64,000 bases of DNA. Origin: Somniosus microcephalus (Eukaryota). The DNA is taken from positions 327,918,001 to 327,982,000 of the forward strand of contig CM126204.1 in assembly GCA_052327205.1 (NCBI GenBank). The letters are read 5' to 3'. The stretch's first letter is position 1, and each line of letters starts with the position of its first letter. Of this stretch, positions 49,886-63,429 are shown piece by piece. The notes under the pieces are model-generated. The model ran no database searches. It was given only the letters and a program-made list of their open reading frames with translations, and was not told the origin of the DNA. The translations under genes and the position numbers were made by a program.

Positions 49886-52800
49886 CTCGTCTGACATTCT
49901 GCACTTCCAGTAGGAAAACTGAGCGGAAAGGCATCACAAGTCAGAGAACGGGATCAAACGTTATCTCTTAAATTCTCCAACCTGTGCTCCCTGTGAGTGT
50001 GGTTCTCTGCTGGGATCCGGGGGTTGATTATGAAGTCAATTCCCTTATATTTCCTCATATTTGTAATAGATTTTAATCCATTTATTGTAGGATTAACCAA
50101 TCTAAGATTTAAAATAAATTGTAGCTCCCACTGAATGAGCTAAGGGTAATCTCCATTCTGAAAAATTGAACATTTTGTGACTTTTTGACCTCTTTTCCCC
50201 CACTACAAGCATTTACACTCCCAGACCATGTACAGCAAAGGCTCGGTACAAAGTAAAGCTCCTTCTACAAAGCCATGACAGAAGAGCACCACAGGAGTGT
50301 GGTTTTTTTTGTATTTCCCACACTGGCCATCTTGTTACCTTTCTGGGTGACACTGTCAATTTAATAATGATCTCTGGGCATTTTTATGGTGTGGACCTCC
50401 ATCTTCTGGGACTCAAACCTCTGGCAGAGATGAAGGTTAATGAACAGCTGGACAGGATGCCAGGAAGGGTGTTTGAAGCCAGGACATTAGACTAATTTGA
50501 GAAACACTGTAATGCACTGTATTCTGTAAGAATGAGATAGGTAGGGCTGTTATGTTATGTTCTATTATGCTATGTTACCTACTCAGAACGACAAAAGGTC
50601 ATCAGGCCCAAAAGTGCTCATCTCACTTCTTAATGAACTTGTCCCTGTATTCCCACCCATCTTTCTCTCCCTCCGCCACCCCTGGGAGACGCAATTCAGG
50701 AACCTATGTCAAAAAATTCCTCTCTGCCCCTCAAGGAGATCAGGCAACCCCCAGGAGGCCCCAAGGATGAGATCAAATGAACTGAAGGGCCTTTATTCAT
50801 AAAATTGACTGCAAAATGATTAGGAATCTAATCAGATTGCAATCAATTCCTGTTATTTTCTTCCACTCTGTAAGGAAAAGATATCTATATGAGAATTAAT
50901 TGCTGTTTCCCTCATTCACAGACAAAGCTTTAGGTAAAGGCCAACTAGAGTACAGATGCCGAAGACAGGACTGTTATTACAGTTCAAATGGCTAACTAGA
51001 GAAGTTTTTAGACAACGTTGAGCACCTGAATACTTTGAAAATATTTTATTCAGATTAAAATAAAAAAAGAACATGGCTACTCTAGAACCCAAAAAAAAGA
51101 ACTAAATTGTTAGTTGAGCAATTAAGAGACTGAACTATTGAGCTTTCTTTTCATAAAGTCTCATGCGCTTGTGTGTGAACTTTTAGTTGAAACCAATTAG
51201 GAAGAACCTGTCAAATGGCATTAGGAACATCTCTAAGATTGATGCTGAATTATGACATGTAACTCATCCAAATTTGCAACACATCTTTGCCAGTTTCTTG
51301 GAGCTGTTGGATAGCCTCATTTCTTGTGATCATGTGTACATGATAGGACCTTTACTAATTAGAACCTATCATCACAGCTACAGCTTACATATTAAAAAAG
51401 CACAAAAACTGCAAATGCAGGAATCCTGAAATAAAATGAGACAACACTAAAAAAAAGACTGCTTTATGTGTAGAGCATTTTTCAGAATGAGTTCTGACGA
51501 AGAATCTATACCCAACATGGTAACCTGCCTTTTCTCTTTTCAAATACTGATGGACCTCTTGTATCTTCCCAGCAATTTCTGCTTTTCTTTTTGTGCTATT
51601 CCCAGTACAGTAGTGAAAGAAAACCCAATTTCGTTGTCATACAAATCAGGTATTACAACAGCACGCCAGTTCAAATCATGAGTTCACCATAGTTGCAATC
51701 TCTTACTGTCTGCCATGACACCAGCCTCTAGCACACAAAAAAGCTCCACTAAAGATGTAATAAAAATGCTTCTGCAAACTCCACATAGTTCTACCACAAG
51801 GAATTACACAGGATACAGTGTGTTTAAAAAACACCACACGGTTCAGTGCTCAGGTAACTGATCATCCCAAATTTGTTCTTGCAGTTTAGTGTATCACCTG
51901 AATAAGCCTGCAATATTTTTCAACTGTAACTTGCAGTTTTAACCACACAATGAATGATCCAGTAATATCAATGTTGGACCCATTACCTAATGTGCTGTCC
52001 ACAGAACACACTGGATCATTCATTATAGCATCATTATGGCATTTTTAATGACTAAAAATAAAACTTAAATTAAAATAGGGTTTTGTCATTCTAATTTGTT
52101 TTGTTCCCACATATAATATTTTTAAAATATCTTAAAAACTTGAAAGATAAACCCCATGGAATCCAAAGTGACATGAGGTTTCCTTAACATTCTCTTAATA
52201 TGTTTGCCCTCAATAAAAAAAAAATTACTTTGTGCAGCAGTGTGAATGCTGCAAGAGAATACACAATACACTGAGGTCTCCTGGGCACGTATTCAACAAA
52301 AACTACGGGTTACTTTCCAGACAGATTGTAATCAACTCAAAGATTTGCTCAGAGTCCTTTCAACACTGCTTAACAGAAAAGTGCAGTATTTGTGAGAAAC
52401 TGGCTGGTGAACCACTTAAACCTGATTCAGATAGCAACCCTTTGAACAAGCCATGGGGGATTGCAGGGGCACTAGCTCCACCAAGACAAGCCTCTGTTCC
52501 TTAAATGCAAAAATATCAACTCTTCCACATCTTCACTTGTGTTGTTTTAAAGCTGCATTTGAAATATTTACATAGATATATATGTTTTTGAAAAAGTTAC
52601 AGGATTACTGAAATTTGCACATGATAAGTTGATATTCCAATTTACTTCAATCATTAGCATTGTGTGTAAACTCTTCCAAGCTGTTTTGGCCCACTATCTA
52701 GAGTCATCCTCAGCTTCTCGTGGTACTCAGTACATAGTGACTACATAGTGGGACACGTGCAAAGGGTATTCGAAAGAAGTCAGAAGCTGAGGAAGACACA

Positions 52801-55800
52801 AAGTAGAGAGAAGACTCAAGGAAATTGCTGGAAATTTTACACAGATGCAAAGGCAGAAATGAGACAAACTCCCAATTCAAATTTAAAATACATGAAACAA
52901 TACACACTAAGCAAACTAAATCATGATGAAGTATTATGTAAATCAATCTGATTAATATCCTCTTTCATTAACGGTGTATGTAACATGGGTTAGGAAATAA
53001 GTTACACTGTAACCTATTGAAGTGGTTCACTGCTCTCCCTGTTTATAAGGTGGATTATAGCATTATAATCATGATCCCTTATTTTCTATATAAACCAGCT
53101 GCTCCCTTTAACAGAAACACTCCCTTTTAACTCAGTTCCATCTACTTTCTATACAAATAATTCTCATCCCAAGTATTTTGTTTCCAAATATACATCTAAA
53201 ATAACTCAGGCGCAGCAACATATTATAAATCACCGCAAAGCCATTTATAATTCCCAGAGAAAATTCAGAAATTTGAAAAAGTAATTATATCAAATATAAA
53301 AGTACTAAGTTATCATCAATCAACCTTTTTGCACCCTGAAGACTTTAATCCAAATCTAAATTCTTTAAAAAGTTACTCGTTTGTAAATTGTCACCTGTTA
53401 CACACACACACGAACTCCAGGTCTGACCCAGAATGGTTGGATGCGGGTTTCTCCACAGAGATCTCCAGTGTCAGCTAGCCACAGGAGGCGGCACTGAGAA
53501 TGAGGGAGACCAAGAGCTTACTCTAAGGGAAGGGAAAACTGCAAGGTGAGTGACTTGCTGGGGAAATGGGAGGGGGGCGGCATGTTCTGCCAGTGAGTTA
53601 CAGAGCACCATGGTGAGTAGACTGCCTGTCTTCTTTTTTGCACTGGAGAATGTTTCTGATGTTGATGGGAAGGACCTAAAAGCGGGTAGAAAACTTTCCT
53701 TCTCAAGGGGAGAAACTACAGGATTCATCAAACCTGTTTCATAAAAGCCCAATGACATAGAGGGAACACTATAAAAATAATATTCTCAAAATATAAAACG
53801 GCTGCAGTTCCCTAATGATATTGTCATTACCCGTCTTAATCTGAAGCAGCAGGGAGGGTTAAATATTGACATACAAGCCTAGCAGACAAATGCTTAACAA
53901 GTTTGTATGACATTCCTCTTCTGATATTTTAACATAGGTGTTAACCCATTTATGCTGGCGCTCTATAAATTCAACTTATTGGTAGTGCCTTTGGTAAAAT
54001 AGGAAACAGAGGAATGTCAGACAGGCACGTCAAAATTAATCCAGCAGTAATTTCTAGGCTGCATTTTTTCAACTACTTAAAGTTTTTTTTTAACAAAAAG
54101 CTACTCAGCTCAAAGCACCACAAACACATAAATCTCAATTGAAAGGAGTCACAATTTAAAATGTTATCAAACACCTTCCTGATGAATAGTTTAAGAGTAT
54201 TTTGGTATTTTTAAAATTCCAATACACAAATATTAAGAAAAGCCAAATTGTTAGTTTGTTACTGGAAGTTCATAGTCACATTTTCTATTGAAATTTTATA
54301 TTCCTGACACTGTTATGAAGTAAGAAAAGAAACATAAAAAGCAAAAAAGAATTAACACTTTTTTCACAGCAGCATTTTCAAAAGATATAAACTGTAACTT
54401 CATTTGTAAATTCTACCGTGTTCCTCAAAGGGTTAACACATATTTAATGTAGTTTGTGCGTTCTTGCAAATGCAGCCCATTAAACAAAAAAAAAATGCAG
54501 TGCTTTGCTTTAGAACATAAAAGTAAGAACAGCTGCTCTTCCCCGTGGTGTTGTTTCTAGAAAAAAAACTTTAAAAAAAAGCTAGATGAAAGAATTAGGA
54601 GAGGCATCAGTCTCCTCTTTTTTCTTTTTCCAACTGCTGTGAAAACCTTGTGTGCAAACAGGTGGGTAAACTTTAATGGCATTCAGGTTTCGTAAGAGAG
54701 GTTCCCTCTATTGTTGAATGGAGTCCAAGAATAGTTTGGGACCACACACACACACACACATACACGCACACACACACATACACACAGCTCCATGCAGGGT
54801 CAATAGCTCAAAATGGCGTAAATTTCACACACCACATCTGCTCCTGAGAGCAAAACAGCAGAAGTTTTTCGGGGGGGGGGGGGGCGGGGGGCAGTCAAAA
54901 GCAGGACTTAGAAAGGGTTGGAGTGTGAAAACTGAATTGAACACATGGCCCTGAACTGTCTGAAACAGAAAGGGAGGTGGGGGAGTATCAGGAAGCACAG
55001 CACACAGGAAGGGAAGGGAGAAAGTCATGGAGAGGAAAAAAAACTCAGTCAAAGGTAGCAATTAGCATACAAATGTTAAAATAAAAACAGCAGTGTGGGA
55101 GAGACTGGAAAAATAGGAAAGAGAGGAAGAATGATCAGTTAAGAGACAGAAAAGGGACACACAAGTAGCTTCACAGTTAAAACTAGACAAATTAGATGCA
55201 TTTTACAACTAGAAATGGCTGCAAGCGGAGTCTGCAATAAACCACTCACTACTGCTGTCTAAAGCTATGCTACATTTCTACCAGTAGATGACTATGTTAT
55301 TGTAAATGAAGTCTGGAAGCTTAACACAACACAAGATGAACATGGCTGCTTCAAAGCAGATTTAACCCTTTGAGGACTGCAATTGTATTTCTGTATCCAA
55401 ATAACTTTTCTCTCCAAATTATTGAGGTAAAAAGTACATTTTATTTTTCATTTTAAGAATGCAATGAATTAACAAATGTTTATTAGTTTTTGAATGCCTA
55501 AAATACTATTTCTGAAAAACACTCAAGCTTTAGAAACTTGCGGAAAATCACTTTTGCAGGTTACCTGAGAGAAATAAATCATAACGTCTCAGTGCTAAAC
55601 GCTAACCATGCAGAATCAAGATAAAATTGTTCCAAAACTAGCAATTTTTAGACTAAGTCAATCACTTCACTAAACTGCCTTGAAAACTGAATTGCCACAC
55701 CATGCTGGTGCTGTGGTAGAATTTTTTTTTTTAAGTTATTTTTTTTAAACTAAGATTAACAATAATAAATTAGTAACGCCAGAAGTGATGTACAATGCAT

Positions 55801-57105
55801 TATCATTGGGATTGCATGGTGATTGCGGCATCTTCTTGTTCACTGATCTGTCAAGCCTCCTTGCGACACAATATACCAGGTGAGAATGCCACTTTAACAA
55901 GAATGACTTCCGTGTAGCAGCAAAATTCTGCTTAAGGTTTGAAGGTAAGTTCAATGATAAGGTTGTCCCTACCCCACCAATACAACATTGACAGAAACAG
56001 AATTTGAAGAGATTGTGTGCTATGTAAGTGGTGCAAAAATGTCCAGTTCTCCTCAATGAGACAAGGGAAGAAAAATATTAAAAGCAAAAAATAATAAGAA
56101 CTTCTATACTTCTGACTACTTGTTCAATGTGCCCTGCCATTCTGATGTCACTTGCTGCCTCCTTGTATTCAACTCCTTGCACAGCTGCAACATGGATACC
56201 ATCTGGAGTACTCCCACAACCTGGAATAACGGTGGGAATGACAACAGATGGAATCTTTAGTAGCAAACCAGTTAAAAGGCATTTTATAGGCCCCTGAACA
56301 TTTACATGTTCAGATTTTTAGATAACCTATAATTCCCTCCCTCCCCCCGCGTTCTTTTAGCCAGAGGAAATCTTGGACAACTTCACAGCCCAGAGGTTTT
56401 CGACCGTGCTGTTTAAATGTGAACAGCGAAGGGTAAATGGAACCAACAGAGCGTCAATTCACCAATGTACCACAGATACCAAGAATTCTCTGCTTCTACA
56501 TGCAAAACAATTAAATCAGTTTGCTCATGAATGGAAGCCTTGCTGGAGCTGCTGCTCCTCAACTCATCTCCGCTTTGAACCAAAATAAAATACATAAAGC
56601 TTTGTTTCAATTCAACCAGCCCAATGCAAAACCTGAAGTATTACCTGCCTTCCCATAAACAATCAAGAAAATATGTCCACAAGTAAAAATTACTGTTGCT
56701 CTCCATGGCAATATCTGCAGTACAATGAAGAACCAGTCTGAATGTGTATTGGTGATGTAGGTGGTTTTGCAAACATTACATTTGCGCCATTGAGATTGGC
56801 ACTAGGACGGGGATGAAGGGGAGTAGGTGAAATTGGGCAGTGTGGATAAGGTATTTCCAGGGATTTATAGTGCAGACCAACTGCCAACATATTCTGGGTG
56901 GGTGAATAGAACACATTGTAAACAGTCATTTTAAAGTCTCCAATAAGAAGGTTTATCAATAAGGGGAGGCAATAACAGAATGGAAGAACCAGGAGGCTAA
57001 AGGAAGATCTATGCAATACAGAAGAGAAATGGAAGAAATACTACAATGAAAATCATACATTTATGATTTTGCTTTGTTTGTTCTCCATTTCTTACTCTCT
57101 CCTAC

Positions 57106-57298
57106 CTTCCACCCAAAGTTGCTCGATGTCAGTCTCAATGCTAGCAACCCTCAGGCCAACAGCAAAAGCTCCAAAGACCAAAAGACCGATGAAGAGGAAC
57201 TTGCCACAGTGCCGCTGGATGCTGCAGCCCAGCCTGAAGAGCTGGGCCTGGAAATGGGCTCGCAGCCATAGTGGAGCCCGGCGCCCCTCTGCCTTCCC
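57106..57298 (-). CDS. ptch2: Patched-2 exon 2 ([17 protein letters not shown]...[17 protein letters not shown], includes TM1)
   Basis: AG acceptor at 57300-57299 and GT donor at 57105-57104; 193 nt. Translation gives the Patched APLWLR...[10 protein letters not shown] motifs. This exon is absent from the ORF track in this frame. Confidence 0.95.
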
Positions 57299-57829
57299 CT
57301 ATGGATAAAAGACAAAAGCAGCGTCAGACCAGGGGCTTATTGGGAGAAGGGAAGGGAAAAGCGAAAAAAGGAAGAGAAAAAAGCTGAAGGATAGAGTGGC
57401 TACAGAGAGCGAGAGAGGGGCAAAGGACATGGAGACGTAGGAAGGGGAAGGACGGGAAGTGGGGGAAAAAGAGAGCTGAGATGGATGCAGAGAGAGGAAA
57501 CAAATAAGGAAAGGAAAAGGGGAAGGATGGGGAGAGGGAAAGAGAGAGAGAAAGGGGAGAGAGAAAAATGATGATGAGGTTAATTGAAGGGAGAGTTGTA
57601 ATGTAAGAGTGAAAGGGAGAGAGAGAGAGACAAGGTGAAGAAGGATAGTGGGAGAGGGAAAAGGGAGACAAGAGAAGAGGGAGGACTGGGAAAGGGAGAT
57701 CAAGGGTATTGAGGGAGTGACTGAAAGAGAAAAGAGAACATGGGCAAGGAGCTAGGACAGAAAGTGAGACCATGGAAAGCAGAGAGAGCAAAGAGAAGGG
57801 GGGGAGAGATACAGGAAAAAGAGGGGAAA

Positions 57830-58023
57830 TGGCAAAGGTAAAGAGGGAGACGGCAAAGGTAAAGAGGGAGACGGCAAAGGTAAAGAGGGAGACGGCAAAG
57901 GTAAAGAGGGGAAATGGCAAAGGTAAAGAGGGAGACGGCAAAGGTAAAGAGGGAGACGGCAAAGGTAAAGAGGGAGACGGCAAAGGTAAAGAGGGAGACG
58001 GCAAAGGTAAAGAGGGAGATGGC
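57830..58023. repeat. 21-bp minisatellite, about 9 copies
   Basis: Unit GGCAAAGGTAAAGAGGGAGAC. Confidence 0.92.
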
Positions 58024-58095
58024 ATGGAATCAGATAGAGAATAAAGAGAGGGAAAGGAACAGAAAATGATTGAGCAAGAAAAGAAAAGAGCAGTC

Positions 58096-59514
58096 AGAAC
58101 AGGTACAGAACAAGGAAAGAACAGGCACAGAACAAGGAAAGAACAGGCACAGAACAAGGAAAGAACAGGCACAGAACAAGGAAAGAACAGACAAAGAACA
58201 AGGAAAGAACAGACAAAGAACAAGGAAAGAACAGGCACAGAACAAGGAAAGAACAGGCACAGAACAAGGAAAGAACAGGCACAGAACAAGGAAAGAACAG
58301 GCAAAGAACAAGAACAGGCACAGAACAAGGGAAGAACAGGCACAGAACAAGGGAAGAACAGGCACAGAACAAGGAAAGAACAGGCAAAGAACAAGGAAAG
58401 AACAGGCACAGAACAAGGAAAGAACAGGCACAGAACAAGGAAAGAACAGGCACAGAACAAGGAAAGAACAGGCACAGAACAAGGAAAGAACAGGCACAGA
58501 ACAAGGAAAGAACAGGCACAGAACAAGGAAAGAACAGGCACAGAACAAGGAAAGAACAGGCACAGAACAAGGAAAGAACAGACAAAGAACAAGGAAAGAA
58601 CAAAGAACAAGGAAAGAACAGGCACAGAACAAGGAAAGAACAGGCACAGAACAAGGAAAGAACAGGCAAAGAACAAGGAAAGAACAGGCAAAGAACAGGC
58701 AAAGAACAAGAACAGGCACAGAACAAGGGAAGAACAGGCACAGAACAAGGAAAGAACAGGCACAGAACAAGGAAAGAACAGGCACAGAACAAGGAAAGAA
58801 CAGGCACAGAACAAGGAAAGAACAGGCACAGAACAAGGAAAGAACAGGCACAGAACAAGGAAAGAACAGGCACAGAACAAGGAAAGAACAGGCAAAGAAC
58901 AAGGAAAGAACAGGCACAGAACAAGGAAAGAACAGGCACAGAACAAGGAAAGAACAGGCAAAGAACAAGGAAAGAACAGGCACAGAACAAGGAAAGAACA
59001 GGCAAAGAACAAGGAAAGAACAGGCACAGAACAAGGAAAGAACAGGCACAGAACAAGGAAAGAACAGGCACAGAACAAGGAAAGAACAGGCACAGAACAA
59101 GGAAAGAACAGGCACAGAACAAGGAAAGAACAGGCACAGAACAAGGAAAGAACAGGCAAAGAACAAGGAAAGAACAGGCAAAGAACAAGGAAAGAACAGG
59201 CACAGAACAAGGAAAGAACAGGCACAGAACAAGGAAAGAACAGGCACAGAACAAGGAAAGAACAGGCACAGAACAAGGAAAGAACAGGCAAAGAACAAGG
59301 AAAGAACAGGCAAAGAACAAGGAAAGAACAGGCAAAGAACAGGCAAAGAACAAGGAAAGAACAGGCAAAGAACAGGCAAAGAACAGGCAAAGAACAAGGA
59401 AAGAACAAGGAAAGAACAGGCAAAGAACAAGGAAAGAACAGGCAAAGAACAAGGAAAGAACAAGGAAAGAACAGGCAAAGAACAAGGAAAGAACAGGCAA
59501 AGAACAAGGAAAGA
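58096..59514. repeat. Purine-rich 22-bp (2 x 11-bp) minisatellite, about 1.4 kb, in ptch2 intron 1
   Basis: Unit AGAACAAGGAA-AGAACAGGCA(C/A); essentially no T on the plus strand. Confidence 0.97.
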
Positions 59515-60982
59515 AAGCATCAGGGAGAATAACTGACAAGTAAAGAATGAGAGAAAACAATGTTAAGAGAAAAAAGATATAAAATGCCAGTGGCACTTAT
59601 ATAGTAGACACTGGAGAGAAAAATAACTTGATTCAGTACATTCACGCCACGCTCCCCGTATGCCTCTTGTATTCCTGGTTTCCTTTTTCATTTCTTCCCT
59701 CCATAATTCATTATTTCATTCTGCTGTTCTTTCCCGTCTCCTTCAGTGCTTCCCCATGCACTCTTTTTTCCATATCCTTTCAATACTCCCATTTCCTCAC
59801 ATTCCTTAATTCTCTTTCATCCCTCTTCTCCCTTCACTACTTTACCCTTCTTTCTTTCTCTCTGATGTCATATCTTCGCAGTTTTAGTCAGTATTTATTT
59901 TTCAGAGTTTGATTCACTTATCACTTTTCTCTAACTTTTATGTTATGCTTGTTTTCGCCTTCTGTTCCCCCCCCCTCTCTCCCTCACCCCCCCTCTCTCC
60001 CTCACCTCCCCATTCCCCTCTCACTTGCTTCTGCCCGTCAGTCCTTTCATTCCTATTGCCATGCTGTCTTTTGCTCCTGGACATTTTCTCATCCTTCCTC
60101 CTTTTGTCATCTTTGCCTCTCCTTCCGTCAACTCTCATCAAATGCTCATTGGCTGGATCCTCTCTCCCGCTTCAGAATTGTCAATATATTCTCACTCTGC
60201 AGGCTAATCTCCTTACCGCCTCTCCCTCCTTCTCTCCCCATTTCCAGTGAGAAATTGCTCTCCTCCCACCACGGATTGTTATACATTTCCCCGAGTAACA
60301 GCCTCCATTTAGTTCAATCAAAAATCCTGACACTCTTCCAAGGTTTCCTCAAGTTCAGCGATCACTGTGCCAGATTTAAAAAAAGAGCTGCCTGGACCCA
60401 CAACATCGTAATATCCAGGTCAGTTACACACAAGGACACTCACAGGCTGGGGGGTATACAGAGGCACATGCACACCTGTGCACACTTTCTCACACATACA
60501 CACTCGCTCTGTGCACACACACACATACAGAGGTGCACACACACACACACACACAGAGTGCGTGGACTAAACACACCCCACTCACTCATAAACCCCAGGC
60601 ACCGTCTTCACCAACATCTGCATTAACTGTTATCCGGAGACACGCTCAGTCAATAAACCTATCCCCCCATCGCCTCTGGAGGGAAAGCAGTTTCTGAAAA
60701 TATTGACAACTTTTCCTACAGTTACTTTCAAAACATCCAACCACACTTCCTTTGGCTGGGAGACGTGCAGTTTCTTAATAAGAGAACAAATCTTACATTA
60801 AACACGCGCCTGAATCAGCAGCGGTCCGAGCTCGATATTACTCTTATTAATAAGAGCAGTAACAAACAAAAAAAACTTCACCAAGGAGCCCTGCCGACCT
60901 CCCGGCGTGATTAATGCATTATTACAGGCTTCCTATTGCAAGGGAGAAACTTAACAATCATAATATTCTCTTTTTTTTGCAC

Positions 60983-61123
60983 CTTGGAGATCTGTTTCAA
61001 CGCAAAAGCAGCGTGGCAGTAGCTGGGTCTCCGCAGCAGGTCGGAGCAGGCGCCCGGGGCTTGGTGGCTGTATCTCGGGGGCAGAGCTCCATCGTTCCGG
61101 GGAAGGTCAGAAACCGAAGCCAT
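60983..61123 (-). CDS. ptch2: Patched-2, coding exon 1 (MASVSDLPRN...LLRRPSYCHAAFALKQISK)
   Basis: ATG at 61121-61123 in strong context (GACATGG). RPSYCHAAFALKQISK is the Patched N-terminal motif as in fish Ptch2. GT donor at 60982-60981; 141 nt, phase 0. Confidence 0.93.
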
Positions 61124-61571
61124 GTCGCTGGAAACCAGTCGCAGATCGTTCGGTTCAGCAATAACAACAGTAATAATCCCCCAAAAGTGACAAGTAAAAC
61201 AGCTGGAGAATCCCTAGTCTCTTCCTGAGCGAAAGCCTGATATTTCCATCCCAACATTTCGCGCAGAAATCCTTGAGGATCTTGACTCTACATCCACGTG
61301 TAGTTTCGCTCTCTCTCTCTCTCTCGCTCCCTTTACCCGTCCTTCTAGCAACACGGAATAAAAAAGAAAACCCCCTCTTCCAGCTCAACCTTTACTTCTG
61401 TCCCCGATCTCAGACATCCAACATTTGGAGAGAAAAACCCGCCTCCAACCCATCAAAAAGAGTTGATGGAAAGTCCTCTCGACCGGATTCCCATTGGCTA
61501 AGGAAGAAGCAAATTACTTAGCAAACATCTACTATTATCAGCTGCTAAGCAACAGCTCACCAAAGTGGACG

Positions 61572-61580
61572 GACCACCCA
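61572..61580 (+). promoter_or_regulatory. Consensus GLI-binding site GACCACCCA in the ptch2 promoter
   Basis: Exact 9/9 match about 450 bp upstream of the ATG, with a CCAAT box (AGCCAATGG on minus) near 61491-61499. Patched genes are established direct GLI targets. Confidence 0.8.
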
Positions 61581-63429
61581 GGCTTCAGGAGCATCAATGG
61601 GAGGTAGCGAGAACTTCTGCATACAAGATCTTTGCGGATCTTTCCAAAACCCCTTGCATTTTTTTTAAAAAATGCCAAGCTTCCCATCTGATACTCGAGA
61701 CTGCCAGCTAAATACGATCATATATACTTTAGGTACAGGCACACATAAAGGTCTTTATGGTTGCAAATAAAGTTTGTTAAAGAGCTTTTTTTTTTAAAAA
61801 CAAAAATGAAAGTAGTGGGAACGGCAGCCCTGGCTCTCTCTCACACACACACAGAGCCACACACAAGTCTGTGTATGTGTATTTATATTAGGTATGTATG
61901 TATGTATATATAAAACGCCGTGAATTGCCTCGTGAGGTACCCGGGCCCCCCTTAACCCAACAAACGCATGGGGAGGTCCCAGTTGAATTCTGGAGACTGC
62001 ATAAATAAACCAAGGGCAACTAGATCTGAACAAATGTTGTGCAGAAATCTGCCATTGCTAATGCTGTTAATAAAGTGGAGCGAAAATGAATGAGGGAAAC
62101 GTGTAGTGAAACTGCATCCAGCCATTTACAAGGCTGGGGATCTGAATATTTTATTGGCTGAGGAATAAAAGGATGACAATAAAGAGAGAGAGAGAGATGG
62201 GACTGGAGCTGATCTTATTTCCAATACAACAATTCAATTAAAACAATTTTTAAAAAATATGTAAAAGTGGATCATACTCTTTTAAGACTTTAATATTACT
62301 CAAAAGAGCAGTACTAATAGAAAGCTGGGATAGGGAGTTGTGTGAAATATGAATACGTGTTAAAAATTCCCGAATCAGACGGGCAAGTACTTGCGATTTC
62401 TGATTTAAGACACTTTATAATGAGACTTGCACACGTGTGTCAGCTTGTATGATTTTATATAAATTGTGTTTGACTTCAGAAAATGTTGTTTTCGTTGCAG
62501 CCAGCAGCTGCACTCTGTTTTTCCTTCCCCGAAGGTTGTTTACCAAGCGGCTAAACTCCTGTGGAAGCCCTGACTGCCTGCTTCCACAAAAGCATGTGTA
62601 TCTGTTAACATTACTAGTGTCCAACATTACCTTAAAGGACACACAGCATGCCACCCACCAGCACTGATAGGATTAATTATGATAATTTATTTCTTTTCCC
62701 CTTTGTCGACCTAATGAATGGTCTTCTTTAAGATTTTTAAGGTCTTTTGTTTGTCTTTTAAGGATGTATTGTCGGATTGCAGATAGCAGGTGGTTATTCC
62801 AAACCCGCCTTTGTCTCCATTGGGGGCTTGACGGAGTTTCGGCCGGACGTGGGTTTACTCCTAACTTGCTTCTGCACAATCCACGGTCGTGTTAAAATGT
62901 AACAGCAGAAGGAGCATTATTGTAAAATCTTCTCCTCTGTGGGGCTGTTTCACAGACCCGGCACCACCACTCAGTGGAGTCTTTTTTTATCATAGAACCT
63001 ATGTGCCGCCACAATCTTAGCAATATCGCCAGATATTTCACTGCTCCACTCCTTTATGTTAACAGCATGTTTTTTTTTTAATGATCACTACTTTAAATAG
63101 CGTATAAACTCGAGCTGGTTGTGTTATTTCAATAAAACCTGAAATAGAAGCAATTGCTTTCCTTTTTCGCACATTTTAAAAAAATGTTTAGATCCCGCAC
63201 ACTGCATAATATTAAGCGAAGGTGTATTCCAGCTACAAGTTTAACAGAGACATATAAACTACACGCGTTGCCCTGCTCCAAATGGTCTCCAATTAACCTT
63301 TATAATAAATGTGAGATCCAGATGAGTTCAATCGCACAGTCGCCCGTTTGTGCAGCTGGAAGGCCCGGTTCCAGCTACTACAGCGACCTCTACGGGGCAT
63401 ATAAGATAGACAGCTCAGCCAATGTATTT

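Noticed and set aside
57324-59596. ORFs of 488-727 aa on both strands
   Set aside because: They are artefacts of a T-free 22-bp satellite that cannot form stop codons. The translations are periodic and lie in ptch2 intron 1.
2546-61123. Assignment as PTCH1
   Set aside because: The short N-terminus and the SWDLNKICYKSGVP and GGSAYLPG..DIQW.NLDP peptides match PTCH2.
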